DNA of 64,000 nt from Octopus sinensis. Taxonomy: Eukaryota. Positions 11,355 through 23,833 of the stretch are shown piece after piece (the stretch's first letter is position 1; the number at the start of each line of letters is the position of its first letter). A model generated the notes under the pieces. The model did no database searches. It worked only from the letters and a program-made list of their open reading frames with translations, and was not told where the DNA came from. The position numbers and the translations under genes are program-made. Location of the stretch: the NCBI RefSeq assembly GCF_006345805.1, contig NC_043011.1, positions 6,944,001 to 7,008,000 on the forward strand. Direction: 5' to 3'.

Positions 11355-12473
11355 CGATTTTAAGCTATTTTTTCAAAGCTATAATGGAAGTGACAAAGGA
11401 GCATACTTAGCATATTTTGCTTTATGAGTTCAACAATGCAATGGAAAGTGCAAGGAATATTTATGCAGGATATGGTGATCGGACAATAACCGTAAGCCAG
11501 TGTCAGCAGTGGTTCCAGAAATTCCGAGCCGGAAATTATAGTCTAGAAGACAAGCCTCATCCTGGAAGATCTGTAGAGCTTGATGAAGACGTCCTGCAAA
11601 TCCTGGTGGAACAAAATCACATCGTAACTGTTGAGGAGTTAGTAGAGAAGCTTGGATTTGGTCATTCAGCCATTCATTTACATCTGCATGCCGTTGGAAA
11701 AGTCAGCAAATTGTGTCAATGGTTTCTTTACAAACTTTCCAAGTCTAATCATGTGCAGAGAGTGAATGTGTGCCCTTCGTTACTGTCACGTCTCATGAAT
11801 GAACCCTTTTTTTCTTTGACCGAATAGTGACTGGTGACGAGAAATAGGTTCTCTATAAAGATGTCAAGTGCTGAAGACATTGAGTAGAGAAAGGAGAGAC
11901 ACTGGCACCCTAGTCTAAAGGTCTTCACCCACGTAAGGTGTTGTCTGTTTGGTAGGATATGAAAGGTTTAGTCCACTTTGAACTTTTAAACCCAAACTAA
12001 ATGATAACAAAGGAGATCTACTGCAAGCAGCTTAAGTCAATGCTAGAAGAAAAACGATCATCTTTGGTTTCAAGACGAAAGGTGTTCTTCCATCAGGGTA
12101 ATGCTCAGCCACATACAGCGAGGATAACATTCCAAAGGCTGGAGCAGTTTGAATGGGAAACAATGCCCCATCCACCGTATTTGCTAGGCATTGCCCCCAT
12201 CTGATTATCATTTATTCCACAGTCTTCAAAATCATTTGGACGGGAAAAATATGAATTCTGCAGATGAGGTCGGAACAGTACTGGAAGAGTACTTTTCATC
12301 ATGGACAAGTGAATTTTGGAAGAGGGACCTTGCAAGTCTACCAGATAGATGAAAGAGCATTGTAGAAAATGAAGGAGAGTATATTTTAGATTGAAAAAGA
12401 ACTTTATCTTAATTTTGAAAAATGAAAGAAGGATAAAAAAAAAAACTGCATTATTTATGGGAATGACCCAGCA
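11355..12473 (+). mobile_element. Mariner (D,D34D) DNA transposon fossil, right TIR only
   Basis: Transposase remnant plus right end ...CTGCATTATTTATGGGAATGACCCAGCA followed by TA; no matching left TIR seen. Confidence 0.85.
11384..12394 (+). pseudogene. Mariner transposase pseudogene
   Basis: N-terminal HTH region (QQWFQKFRAGNYSLEDKPHPGRS), VTGDEK, HQGNAQPH (catalytic D to G), HPPYLLGIAPSDYHLF, ending ENEGEYILD*. Multiple stops and a frameshift near 11810. Confidence 0.9.
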
Positions 12474-12795
12474 TATATATATATAAAAGTGAAATTCTGT
12501 CCGTCTGGGACCCCTGTACCTCAGTCTACATTTGCTCTACATAGACATATTACACCTTTTTGGAATCGGGATGATCCCAGGATTAAAAATCTGCCCTTCA
12601 TTTAATACTTGAACATCCAGCATTGGGATTTGATGTAAAGGCATTTGAATATTTCTAGTGGGTAAAGCTTAGCTGATTCAAGCCATTTTTGGAGGGTGTA
12701 TGTCAGATGACAGAGATCAAAGGTGAGATAAAAGACATGCTTTGCTACTTATATGTGGAGATAAGAACTTTGGGGCAAATTGGCCAACAGCTGGA
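12474..12795 (+). mobile_element. Possible degraded non-autonomous Helitron
   Basis: Start TATATATAAAAGTGAAATTCTGTC resembles the starts at 31451 and 44390; degenerate end GGCCAACAGCTGG. Confidence 0.35.
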
Positions 12796-12991
12796 ATTCA
12801 ACTTGGGGCTGGAACAATTGCATGATTGCACTACAGAATTAATTCTCATCCATCCTTAACCTCTGCTCAGGCACCACCAGAGCATATAGCCATTATAGTC
12901 ATGCTATTTATCTCTTTGGTTTTGACCTGCATGCCCATGTAGCCGTCTGCAAGAGCTGGCTTAAAAGTCCACATGGAGTGCAACTTTTTAG

Positions 12992-13022
<31 letters not shown>

Positions 13023-13223
13023 ATTTATTTATATAAACACCAGGTTGCAATATTTCACCAAAAAAGAAAATTCTTAAGAATTCTCAGTCGGCATATTTTG
13101 GACAATTATGGCCCCCCTGTTAGTGTATACGTTTTCATGTGTGTTAACTACAGCGTTAGAGCATTTTAGCTCTTATTTCTAGCAATGTAGGTGTTTGTTT
13201 AACACCGTGGTCACATTTAGTGA

Positions 13224-13247
13224 CTCTCTCTCTCTCTCTCTCTCTCT

Positions 13248-13282
<35 letters not shown>

Positions 13283-13311
13283 TGTGTGTGTGTGTGTTGT
13301 GTGTGTGTATG

Positions 13312-13371
<60 letters not shown>

Positions 13372-13372
13372 G

Positions 13373-13407
<35 letters not shown>

Positions 13408-13515
13408 ATGTGTGTGTGTGTATATGTGTGTGTGGTGTGTGTGTGTGTGTGGTGTGTATATGTGTGTGTGTGTGTGTGTATATATATGTCTGTGTGTGTG
13501 TGTGTGTATATATAT
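13224..13515. repeat. Compound microsatellite (CT)n(AT)n(GT)n
   Basis: Directly visible. Confidence 0.95.
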
Positions 13516-15080
13516 CAAATCAAAATAGATAAACATCAATGGAATTTGTATCTTTGTGGTACCAGTGCCTGTGGCACACAAGAAATCCATCCGAACGTGG
13601 CCGTAGTCAGTACCGCATCGACTGGCCATCGTGCTGTGGGCACATAACAAACACCATCCGATCGTGGCCGTTCGCCAGCCTCATCTAGCACCTGTGTCGG
13701 TGGCACATAAAAGCACCATCCAAAGACCCGGCAAGACTAGTCAGGCCATATCCCATGGCCCCTACCTGGGACGTAGTCAGTCCACCTGTGCATACCTTCC
13801 TCCTTGTGATACTTGTGAAGGCCTGTTGAGGCAAGTGAAAATCAAAATGAAATCAAAACAAATCAAATCAAATCAAATCAAAACAAATCAAAATAGATGA
13901 ACATTAATGGAATTGTATCTTGTGGTACCAGTGCCAGTGGCACACAAGAAAACCATCCGAACGTGGCCGTAGCCAGTACCGCATCGACTGGCCTCCGTGC
14001 TGTGGGCACATAACAAACACCATCCGATCGTGGCCGTTTGCCAGCCTCATCTAGCACCTGTGTCGGTGGCACATAAAAACACCATCCGAAGACCCGGCAA
14101 GACTAGTCAGGCCATATCCCATGGCCCCTACCTGGGACGTAGTCAGTCCACCTGTGCATACCTTCCTCCTTGTGATACTTGTGAAGGCCTGTTGAGGCAA
14201 GTGAAAATCAAAATGAAATCAAATCAAATCAAATCAAATCAAAACAAATCAAAATAGATGAACATTAATGGAATTGTATCTTGTGGTACCAGTGCCGGTG
14301 GCACACAAGAAAACCATCCGAACGTGGCCGTAGCCAGTACCGCACCGACTGGCCTCCGTGCTGTGGGCACGTAACAAACACCATCCAATCGTGGCCGTTC
14401 GCCAGCCTCATCTGGCACCTGTGTCGGTGGCACATAAAAACACCATCCGAAGACCCGGCAAGACTAGTCAGGCCATAACCTGTGGCCCCTACCTGGGACG
14501 TAGTCAGTCCACCTGTGCATACCTTCCTTCTTGTGACACTTGTGAAGACCTGTTGAGGCAAGTGAAAATCAAATCAAATCAAAACAAATCAAAATAGATG
14601 AACATCAATGGAATTTGTATCTTTGTGGTACCAGTGCCGGTGGCACGTGGCACACAAGAAAACCATCCGAACGTGGCCGTAGCCAGTACCGCATCGACTG
14701 GCCCCGTGCTGTGGGCACGTAACAAACACCATCCGATCGTAGCCGTTCGCCAGCCTTGTCTGGCACCTGTGTCGGTGGCACATAAAAACACCATCCGAGC
14801 GTGGCCGTTTGCCAGCCTCATCTGGCACCTGTGTCGGTGGCACATAAAAAACACCATCCGAGCGTGGCCGTTTGCCAGCCTCGTCTGGCACCTGTGTCGG
14901 TGGCACATAAAATCACCCACTACACTCTCGGAGTGGTTGGCGTTAGGAAGGGCATCCAGCTGTAGAAACACTGCCAGATCTGACTGGACTGGTGCAGCTT
15001 TCGGGCTCCCCAGACCCCAGTTGAACCATCCAACCCATGCTAGCATGGAAAGCGGACGTTAAATGACGATGATGATGATA
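13515..15080 (+). mobile_element. Tandem array of ~365-bp RTE-type 3' UTR units (3 full + 1 terminal) ending in the canonical RTE tail
   Basis: Homologous ORF starts at 13631, 13997 and 14358 (period 366/361 bp); units separated by (AAATC)n; ends CCCATGCTAGCATGGAAAGCGGACGTTAAATGACGATGATGATG. Confidence 0.8.
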
Positions 15081-15110
15081 TATATGAAGTTTCAGCATAC
15101 CAGCTGCCAT

Positions 15111-15150
15111 CAGTGTTGATAGTTAAGCTGAAACTTCGAAGTCACTATCA
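15111..15150 (+). ncRNA. Degenerate hammerhead remnant, family H2
   Basis: Intact 3' half GAAAC-TTCGAA-GTC-ACTATC; the 5' core is not recognisable. Confidence 0.35.
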
Positions 15151-15390
15151 GCCTTTACCTCGTAAAAATGAGTAAACATGTCCTCTGTTATATAGTGTAG
15201 AGCACTGTTTCTGTTGATGTGCAATAGTTTTCAACATGGAAGATGCATGTTAGCCACTCAGGAACATGCAAAGACTGTTAACCTCATCCAATCATTTATT
15301 GTTTGCAACATGGGGTCAAAATTTTCATCACACCAACTGCAACCTGGTCACTGACATCCTTACACTGCATTTAGTTTCTCTTTTTATGTA

Positions 15391-15791
15391 CTCTTTACTC
15401 TTTTACTTGTTTCAGTCATTTGACTGCGGCCATGCTGGAGCACTGCCTTTTAGTCGAGCAACTCAACCCCGGGACTTATTCTTTTTTTTGTAAGCCCAGT
15501 ACTTATTCTATTGGTCTCTTTTGCCGAACCGCTAAGTAACGGAGACAGCATCGGACACACCAGCATCGGTTGTCAAGCAATGCTAGGGGGACAAACACAG
15601 ACACACAAACAAACACACATACATATATATATATATATACTTATATACGGCAGGCTTCTTTCAGTTTCCGTCTACCAAATCCACTCACATGGCTATAGTA
15701 GAAGACACTTGCCCAAGATGCCACGCAGTGGGACTGAACCTGGAACCATGTGGTTGGTAAGCAAGCTACTTACCACACAGCCACTCCTGCA
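15391..15791 (-). mobile_element. SINE type A
   Basis: Matches 4580-5006 with a short internal deletion. Confidence 0.9.
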
Positions 15792-16012
15792 GTATTGACC
15801 CCAATATACCACTGGTACATTTCACTTGACTCCTTAGCAAAATTCAGTCGACTCTGATCATTTAAACTCAAAATACTCACACAGAAGAAAGTCACTGACC
15901 CTGCTGCCATTCTACTTTTCTTTTTGTTTGCTAAATATTAAGCTTTAATTTATTTTCTCTGCAATATTTCACCTGACTTAGGTAAAGATTTTTTTCTTTC
16001 TCTTTTTCTTTC

Positions 16013-16071
<59 letters not shown>

Positions 16072-16456
16072 ATATATATATATATGATCTTGGCAATCTT
16101 CACTGTATTTACGTTATTCTTAACATAGTACATTTCTCATTTTTCATCCCAGATTATTATTTATTTAATATCTGTTAATACAAACCTAAAGTAAGAAATG
16201 ATATTTAGGAATAAATCTAGTACTGACACTAACTACTTTTGTTGTTGTTGTTATAGTCTTATATTTATTGTATGCTTTCACTGCACAACTCAGTACAGCT
16301 GCATGTGCCTAGGATATGGGGGTTTTTATTATTTCTGCATATTCTATTGTGTTAGAAGTATTCTATCAAATATGTGAGAAGTAACCAGAAGCACTTGTTG
16401 TTGTCATTGTTGCTGTTGTTACTGTTTTCATTATGGTTATTTTTAATTTTGTTATT

Positions 16457-16680
16457 AAGGTGGTGAGCTGGCAGAATCATTACCACGCCGGGTGAAATGC
16501 TTAGCGTTATTTCACCTGTCATTACGTCCTGAGTTCAAATTCCGCCGAGGTCGACTTTGCCTTTCATCTTTTCGGGGTCGATAAATTAAGTACCAGTTGA
16601 GCACTAAGGATGATGTGATCGACTGTCCACCTCCCCACAAAATCCAGGCTGTGTGTCAATAGTAGAAAGGATTATTATTA
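16457..16680 (+). mobile_element. SINE type B, short-tail variant, in (ATT)n
   Basis: Type-B head and core flanked by TTATT tracts. Confidence 0.8.
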
Positions 16681-17229
16681 TTGCCCCAGCATGGCCGCTG
16701 CCTTCGGGCTAAAACATTTTTAAGGATTAGAAGCAGCTCCTTAATTTAAATACCATTGACGTCACATAGTGTTGTTTAAATGCATTTTGGCTTCAGACAA
16801 AGTGGGTTAAAAAATAGTATACTTCAAAACAAGGGGGAAAGAATCACTCTAGAAGTGAACAAGAATGACAGATTGATATTTTGCTGTTATTTCAGCTCAT
16901 TGGCACTGTATACCCAATTCACCCGTGGAAAAAAATTTCAAACTGCTGTTCTAAAGTATATACAGTTAGTGTAAACTCTATCTCCTGACATGTATTAGTG
17001 CTGCACTAGTTAAACAAAACTCAAATTCTGCATTAAAAGCAGCTTTGTAATGTAAGCATTATTGATGTCACATAGTTAATGTGTGTCTGTTGCTGTTTAA
17101 ACACATTTCAGCTTTGGTGTTTCATCCAGAGAAGGTCCCTTTAGAGCCACAATGTTAAAAATCACACATTAGATTTTAAACCAGGTAGAACAAATCATTT
17201 AGTTTGGTTGAGAAGACCTTCTCACCTTG

Positions 17230-17546
17230 AGTGACTGGCAGCCTGTTGGTTTCAACAACAAGGTTTGCAGTTGATCCGATCAATGGAACAGCCTGCCACA
17301 TGCAAGTGGCTGAGCACTCCAGGGATGCATATCATTAATTTAGTTCCCATGGAGATTCGGCATGGCTCAGAATGTAACAAGGCTGGCCCCTTTCAGTTAC
17401 AGGTACGACTCATTTTTGCCAGCTGAGTGGACTGGAGTGATGACAAATAGAATGTCTTGCTCAAGGATACATCGTGTTGCTGGGAACTGAATTCACAACC
17501 TTACACTCATGAGTGGAACACCCTAACCACTAAGCCACGTGCCTTC
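17230..17546 (-). mobile_element. SINE type F
   Basis: Reverse complement of the 10884-11189 family. Confidence 0.75.
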
Positions 17547-18905
17547 ACACACCTTGAGTGAATGAAGAGGTGACACATGAGAATGGTTTCTCCCTTCTTT
17601 GAACTCCTTATTGAAAGGGTCAGGTGAATTTTGTGCTCAGAAATTTGAAAGCTGGAATAGAAAAAATAAATCCTTTTTCTTGAAAAACAGCTACAGACTG
17701 GCAACGGGAAGAGCATCCGTCTTTAAAATCCTGCTTCAGACAACCCATCATCTAATCCACACTAGCTGGGAAAAAACAGATGTTGAATACCCAAGTGTAA
17801 AATTTGTTTTTGAATTCTTCCGAGTACATGTGCCTCTCTCGGTAGCTTAGTCTCTCTCTCTCTTATGTTTCTCTCATTAGCAGTGTGTGTCACTTTCTCT
17901 AAATAGCTTAGTGTGTAAATCTTTCTTTTTCAATTACTGAGTCTCTCTCTCTCTCTCTTTTTATATAGCTGGGTGTGCATGTGTCTCTATAGTTGCGTCT
18001 CTCTGTGTAACTGAGTGTGTGTGTGTCTCAATTATTTTTATTTATTTATTTATCTAGTTTCAGCTCACAAGCTATGGCCATGCTGGGGCACCGCAATTGC
18101 TGAGTTTTTCTCTTTCAGTTGCTCTGTGTGCGTGTCTCTCTCTCGTTCAATAGCTTATTGCCTCTCTCTCTCTCTCTTTCAAACTCTGAGTTGTATCTCA
18201 GTAACTGAGTATCTCTCAGTAACTGAGTTGTCATTCTCACTAGCTAAGTGTCTCTTTCCTTCCCACTCCCTCCTTCTCTCTCTCCCTCCCTCCCTCCCTC
18301 CTTTCTCTCCCTCCCTCCTCTCTCTCCCTCCCTCCTCTCTCTCTCCCTCCCTCCCTCCTTTCTCTCCCTCCCTCCTCTCCCCCATCCCCTCCCCCATCCC
18401 CTCTCTCTCAATAGCTGAATAATGTCACATGAAACTAGAATGTTAACTCTTTTGATGACCATTCTCTGCTGCGTTTGTTGCTTCCTCTTTCAAATAATTA
18501 AAATCTGCTTCCATAAAAGATCTCCGTCGGTTGAAACCTCATTTCCAGAATCCTCTCCATCAGTCACAAACAACAGATGCCTACAGACTGCAGGCAAACC
18601 TTTCGCTTCTCTGTATTGCACATGATTCAAAAGAAGGAAAATGTTGCATGCAGTTTGCTTGATGAGAAATCTTAGCTCCCATGCCTTTTGCAAATCTTTA
18701 TCTTCTCAGTGTATTTCACTTTGTGACACGTCTTGCTTTTCATCCATTAACATGTCCAGAAATCACCCGTCTCACCAAGCAATCCTGGCGGGGTCGTCAG
18801 TTTAATCGCCAACGGCCCCAACATGCCTCAAGTTCTACTGGGCTACATTTTACCAGCAGTGCAAGAATGACCTCTCCAACACACACACACACACACACAC
18901 ACATA

Positions 18906-19330
18906 TACTCTTACTCTCTTTTTACTCTTTTACTTGTTTCAGTCATCCGGCTGCGGCCATGCTGGAGCACCACCTTTAGTCGAGCAAATCGACCCCGGGA
19001 CTTATTCTTTTGTAAGCCCAGTACTTATTCTATCGGTCTCTTTTGCCGAACCGCTAAGTGGCAGGGACGTAAACACACCAGCATCGGTTGTCAAGCAATG
19101 CTAGGGGGACAAACACAGACACACACACACATACATATACATATATATATATATATATATACATATATACGACAGGCTTCTTTCAGTTTCCGTCTACCAA
19201 ATCCACTCACAAGGCATTGGTCGGCCCGGGGCTATAGCAGAAGACACTTGCCCAAGGTGCCACGCAGTGGGACTGAACCCGGAACCATGTGGTTGGTTAG
19301 CAAGCTACTTACCACACAGCCACTCCTGCA
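18906..19330 (-). mobile_element. SINE type A, full length
   Basis: Matches the type-A consensus; accounts for most of the 229-aa ORF 18681-19370. Confidence 0.9.
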
Positions 19331-19399
19331 CCAATACTGTGTACGTTTGTATGTGTTTGTCTTCACATAGTACAATATTTGTAAATAAGCATCACCGTT

Positions 19400-20034
19400 A
19401 TACAAAGTAAAGGGAAAGTCTCCTTCTCGAGTCATACTGACTCATGAGAGCCGATTACCCAGTTTCCTTATTTCTTTATTGCCAACAAGGGGCTAAACAA
19501 AGAGGGTCAAACAAGGACAGACAAAGGGATTGAATTGATTACATCAACACCAGTGTGTAGACAAATGGCTGAAGAAGATTGGGATAGAATGCCCTGTAGA
19601 GCTCCTACAAGTTTGTCTCTTAGGGACAGCAAGGATTATCAGGAGGGTTCTAAGCTCTTGAAAAACTGCTGAAAACTTGTGGATAACTGGTCCTTAATTT
19701 ATCAACCCCAAAAGGATGAAAGGCAAAGTCGAACTCAGAACATAACGGCAGACAAAATACCGCTAAGCATTTCGCCCGGCATGCTAACGTTTCTGCCAGC
19801 TCGCCACCTTTTACTCGGCTCACCGGTTACCCAGTTTCCGCAGCGTGTATATTCCCCACCTGGATGGGATGCCAGTCCATTGCAGGATTACTCATTTGTG
19901 CCAGCTGAGTGGACTGGAGCAACGTGAAATGGAGTGGTTTGCTCAAGAACACAACGCATCACCCGGTCCAGGAATTGAAACTACAATTTTATGATCAGGA
20001 GTCCAACACCTTAACCACTAAGCCACACACCTTC
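19400..20034 (-). mobile_element. Three-level nest: SINE F, containing a long-tail SINE B (~19468-19810), containing a Dong-derived 130-bp insert
   Basis: 13-bp duplication TTACCCAGTTTCC at 19455-19467 and 19827-19839 flanks the SINE B. Confidence 0.75.
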
Positions 20035-20314
20035 TACTGTTATACCAGCAGTGTCATTCATTTCCATGTTTAGCTGTGGGGAAAATATTACCTTGCTTGA
20101 AAAGAAGTGTAGGCCGATAGCAGGAAGAGCATCTCGCCATAGAATGTCTGCTTCAGTCCTGTCTTGCTCAGGCAGACTTGGAAAAGTGAACCTTAACAAA
20201 AAACAACAAAGAATTATTTGCCATCAGCCTTCTTAATGACAGAGACATTATTCTTTTAGTGAATTCTTCCAATTGTTTGATTAGTCTGAAAATTGATTGA
20301 AGCATGCAAACAGT

Positions 20315-20722
20315 ACGAGTGGCTGTGTGGTAAGAAGTTTGATTCCCAACAACATGGTTCTGGGTTCAGTCCTGCTGCATGGCACCATGGGCAAGTGTCT
20401 TCCACTATAACCCTGAGCTGACCAAAGCCTTGTGAAAGCTGAAAGGAGCCCATCATGTGTGTGTGTGGATATTATAGGCGGCGAGCTAGCAGAACCGTTA
20501 GCACGCCGGGTGAAATGTGTAGTCGTATTTCGTCTGCCCTTACGTTCTGAGTTCAAATTCCGCCGAGGTCAACTTTGTCTTTTATCCTTTCAGGGTCGAT
20601 AGATTAAGTACCAGTTACACACTGGGGTCGATGTAATCGACTTAATCTGTTTGTCTGTCCTTGTTTGTCCACTCTATGTTTAGCCCCTTGTGGGTAGTAA
20701 ACAAAAAGTGTGTGTGTGGATA
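20315..20722 (+). mobile_element. SINE A head with a long-tail SINE B inserted (15-bp TSD)
   Basis: GTGTGTGTGGATATT at 20459-20473 and 20708-20722. Confidence 0.8.
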
Positions 20723-21049
20723 TTCCACCAACACTGGAGCAACAAGTGCAGTGATTATCCAGATGTAGGATTTGTATTTAGCTACCTTCTCTTAGACGAA
20801 CCACTAAAGAACTGGAGGGCCTCATCTGCCCTGGTGCCTGTGGTAATTCTGTGTGATCCTGATTAACCCTTAGGTGGGACCCTGGCAAGTGTTACTATTC
20901 TTTGTCAGTTCCACATTCCTCAAAATCATGGAACTTTCAAACCAGGACTCTGTTAATTGTTATAATTCAGTCATATCCACAACAATTGATTTTAAAATAT
21001 TATATTCTTTAAAATTAGAATATAATTTTGTTCTCAATCATAATTTTTG

Positions 21050-21760
21050 TGTTTGTTTATTATTTTTGGTACGACTGAGGTTTGATCATATCTCTGGTAG
21101 GATTTATGTGGGTAGCAGGTTACTACCCGTAACCTTAGGTATCCACAAGTTTTCAGTAGTTTTTCAAGAGCTTAGAACCCTCCTGATAATCCTTGCTGTC
21201 CCTAAGAGAGAAACTTGTAGGAGCTCTACAGGGCATTCTATCCCAATCTTCTTCAGCCATTTGTCTACATCTTTGCTTACTGTTCCTCGCACATCAATTA
21301 TTATACGCACAACCTTTACTGTTCACATGCTCCAAATTCTTCCTATTTCAAATTTAAAGTGATTGGGGTTTTTGTTTCATCCTCTTTGGGATCCTGGAAT
21401 CAAACAGGCATGGTAGCTCAATTAGTAAGCAACTTTGCTTTTCTTTATCTATATTTATGTCCAGTCTATTATTTTCTAGCTTCTTGTCCATTTGAATAGG
21501 AAAGTCCCACAGAATCTTACATTTCTCCATCTCCAGTACTCTTTCAAACCAATGATTTTACCTTATGTTTCCAGTTTTAAATCCCCATTTCTGGCAAAGT
21601 ACCCAGTGTAAAACTTTTACAACCTGGTCGTGCCTCCATTTCTTATATTCTTCCTGTGCCAACTTAAGGTATTCTTCTGCAATGTGTGCCACTATCCCAT
21701 TTCAAGTTCCTCAGGTTCTGCATTTTTCTGACACATTCTCTCTATCTATATTTTTTCTCA
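21050..21760 (-). mobile_element. Dong/R4-clade LINE 3' fragment (restriction-like endonuclease domain)
   Basis: Minus strand reads KLAQEEYKKWRHDQVVKVLHWVLCQKWGF...KILWDFPIQMDKKLENNRLDI...LLGTARIIRRVLSS*. Confidence 0.85.
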
Positions 21761-21779
21761 AGTTTTTGTATGTGGCAGA

Positions 21780-22624
21780 TGCCACATACAAAAACTATTT
21801 TCCCAGTTAGCCTTCCTTTGACATTGCTGCACCTCTTATGTGTCCATAGCTTACACTTGGTGCATCTTATAGAGTTTCTACCTACGCCTTTTCTACAGAT
21901 CAAGCAGGGCCATCTACCTGAAGGCGTTTGTGATTTGTCAACCTTCCTACTTATTAGGACTTTGGTTTTAGCTAGGTTGACTCTAAGGCCCTTCAATTCT
22001 AATCCTTGCTTCCACACCTGAAACTTCTCCTCCAGTTCTGATAGTGACTCAACAATTAGAGCAAGGTCATCAGTATAGAGGAGCTCCCAGGGGCATCCTG
22101 TCTTGAATTCCTCCATTATTGCCTGGAGGACTATGATAAATAGGAGAGGGCTGAGGACTGAACCTTGGTGGACCCCAATCTCTACCCGGAATTCTTCACT
22201 ATATTCGTTGCCAACCCTCACCTTACTAGCAGCGTCCCTGTACATGGCTCGCACAGCTCTCACTAACCATTCATCTATCCCTAGTTTCCTCATTGACCAC
22301 CCCATAAGGGATTGGGGGACCTTGTCGAAGGCTTTCTCCATGTCAACAAAAGCCAGGTATTTCTCCTGCAGCTATCTTACCAGGAATATTGCATCAGTAG
22401 TACTTTTCCCTGGCACGAACCCAAACTGCATCTCATCTAAGCTAACTCTCTCACTAATTAGTTGGGCTATGACCCTCTCCGTAACCTTCATTACCTGATC
22501 CAACAGCTTGATACCCCTGTAGTTATTTGTATCTAGGGCGTCACCTTTACCTTTGTAGCAGTTGACTATTATGCTGCTACACCAGTCATTGGGAATGACT
22601 CCTTCGTGTATCACCTGGTTAACT
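21780..22624 (-). pseudogene. RTE-clade LINE reverse-transcriptase fragment with downstream Cys/His module
   Basis: NYRGIKLL, QFGFVPGKSTTDAIF, KAFDKVP, GVHQGSVLSPLLF, YTDD (YADD variant), then CLICRKGVGRNSIRCTKCKLWTHKRCS. One frameshift near 22350. Confidence 0.9.
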
Positions 22625-23833
22625 ACTCACAAGGCTTTGGTCGGCCCAAGGCTATAGTAGAAGACACTTGCCCAAGGTGCCACGCAGAGGGACTGAACCC
22701 GAAACTGGTAAGCAAGCTACTTACCACACAGCCACTCCTATGCCTCTTTATGTTCTGAGTTCAAATCCCACTGAAGTCAACTTTGCCTTTTTACCTTTTT
22801 GGGCTCAATAAAACAAAACAAAATGGTCAAGTGTTGGGGTCAGGCTTTCTGACTCTATTAGAAACATTAAAATGATGGACTGGTAGAATCATTACTTTTG
22901 AACAAAAAAAAAATGCTTGGCAACATTTTCTTCTTTTACTTCTTTCATTTGTTAGATTGTGGCCATACTGGGGCACAGCTTTGAATTTTTAGTAGAATTG
23001 ACCCCCCCCCCCCACTTAGTTTTATTTTAAACCTGGTGCTTAATCTATCGGTCTTTTTTGCTAAACCATTAAGTTACTAGTTGCCAAGCTGTGGTGGGGG
23101 ACGAAGACACGCACACATGTAAGAGACAGGTAATGATGCAAATATCTCCTTATCCGCTCACCTGGATTCCTTATGCACACACACACACACAAAATGGGCT
23201 CCTTTCATTCTCTATCTACCAATTCCACTCACAAATCTTGGTCGGCCCAAGGCTAAAGTAAAAGTCACTTGCTCAAGGTACCATGCAGTGGGACTGAAAC
23301 CAGAACCATATGATTGGGAAAGAAGCTTATTACCACGCAGCCATGCCAGCTCCTTTGTTTCTAATCTCATCAAGGTTAAATTTTCCTTTCGTCCTTTCTG
23401 TGTCAAATTAAGGTACCAATCAGGTGCTGGGGTAGAGGTAGGCGATCAGTAATGTTTATTTCCCCCCTCCTCTCAGTATTTCCGTCCGTCCACCTAAAGT
23501 AATAACGAGTATTTAGGGAAGCTAGTACATGACAGGATTCAAAGATTGCTAAATGAAGGGCTTAAGATATTAATGTCTCTAGACTGAGTTCTTCTGGGGC
23601 TGATTAAATATCAATCAAGAATTTGGCATATCAGAATTGACCATGAAACCTCCCCACAACTTTGTGGTTACCTGCCAATCATATACACCTTGGATCCTCT
23701 AATTTATTTGAGATGACATAAAACAGAGATGCTGCAGTATATGTTGTACAGTAAAAGCTTACCTGACACTTTTTACAAGGCAAAACAGACATCAAAATAA
23801 TCAAGGTGATGATTTTTCATTCATTAATTACTG

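Noticed and set aside
11384-12394. SETMAR or another domesticated transposase
   Set aside because: Multiple stops, a frameshift, a mutated catalytic Asp and no SET domain.
13156-13650. His/Thr- and Cys/Val-rich ORFs
   Set aside because: They are translations of (CA/TG)n microsatellites.
13515-15080. CRISPR-like repeat-spacer appearance
   Set aside because: The spacers are not unique, the unit is a LINE UTR, no cas genes are present and the context is eukaryotic.
18681-19370. 229-aa ORF and recurring ...GYSRRHLPKVPRSGTEPGTMWLVSKLLTTQP peptides
   Set aside because: These are the antisense reading of SINE A, repeated in many copies.
21742-22614. Functional reverse-transcriptase gene
   Set aside because: Fragment without an endonuclease or 3' end, frameshifted, and bounded by other repeats.
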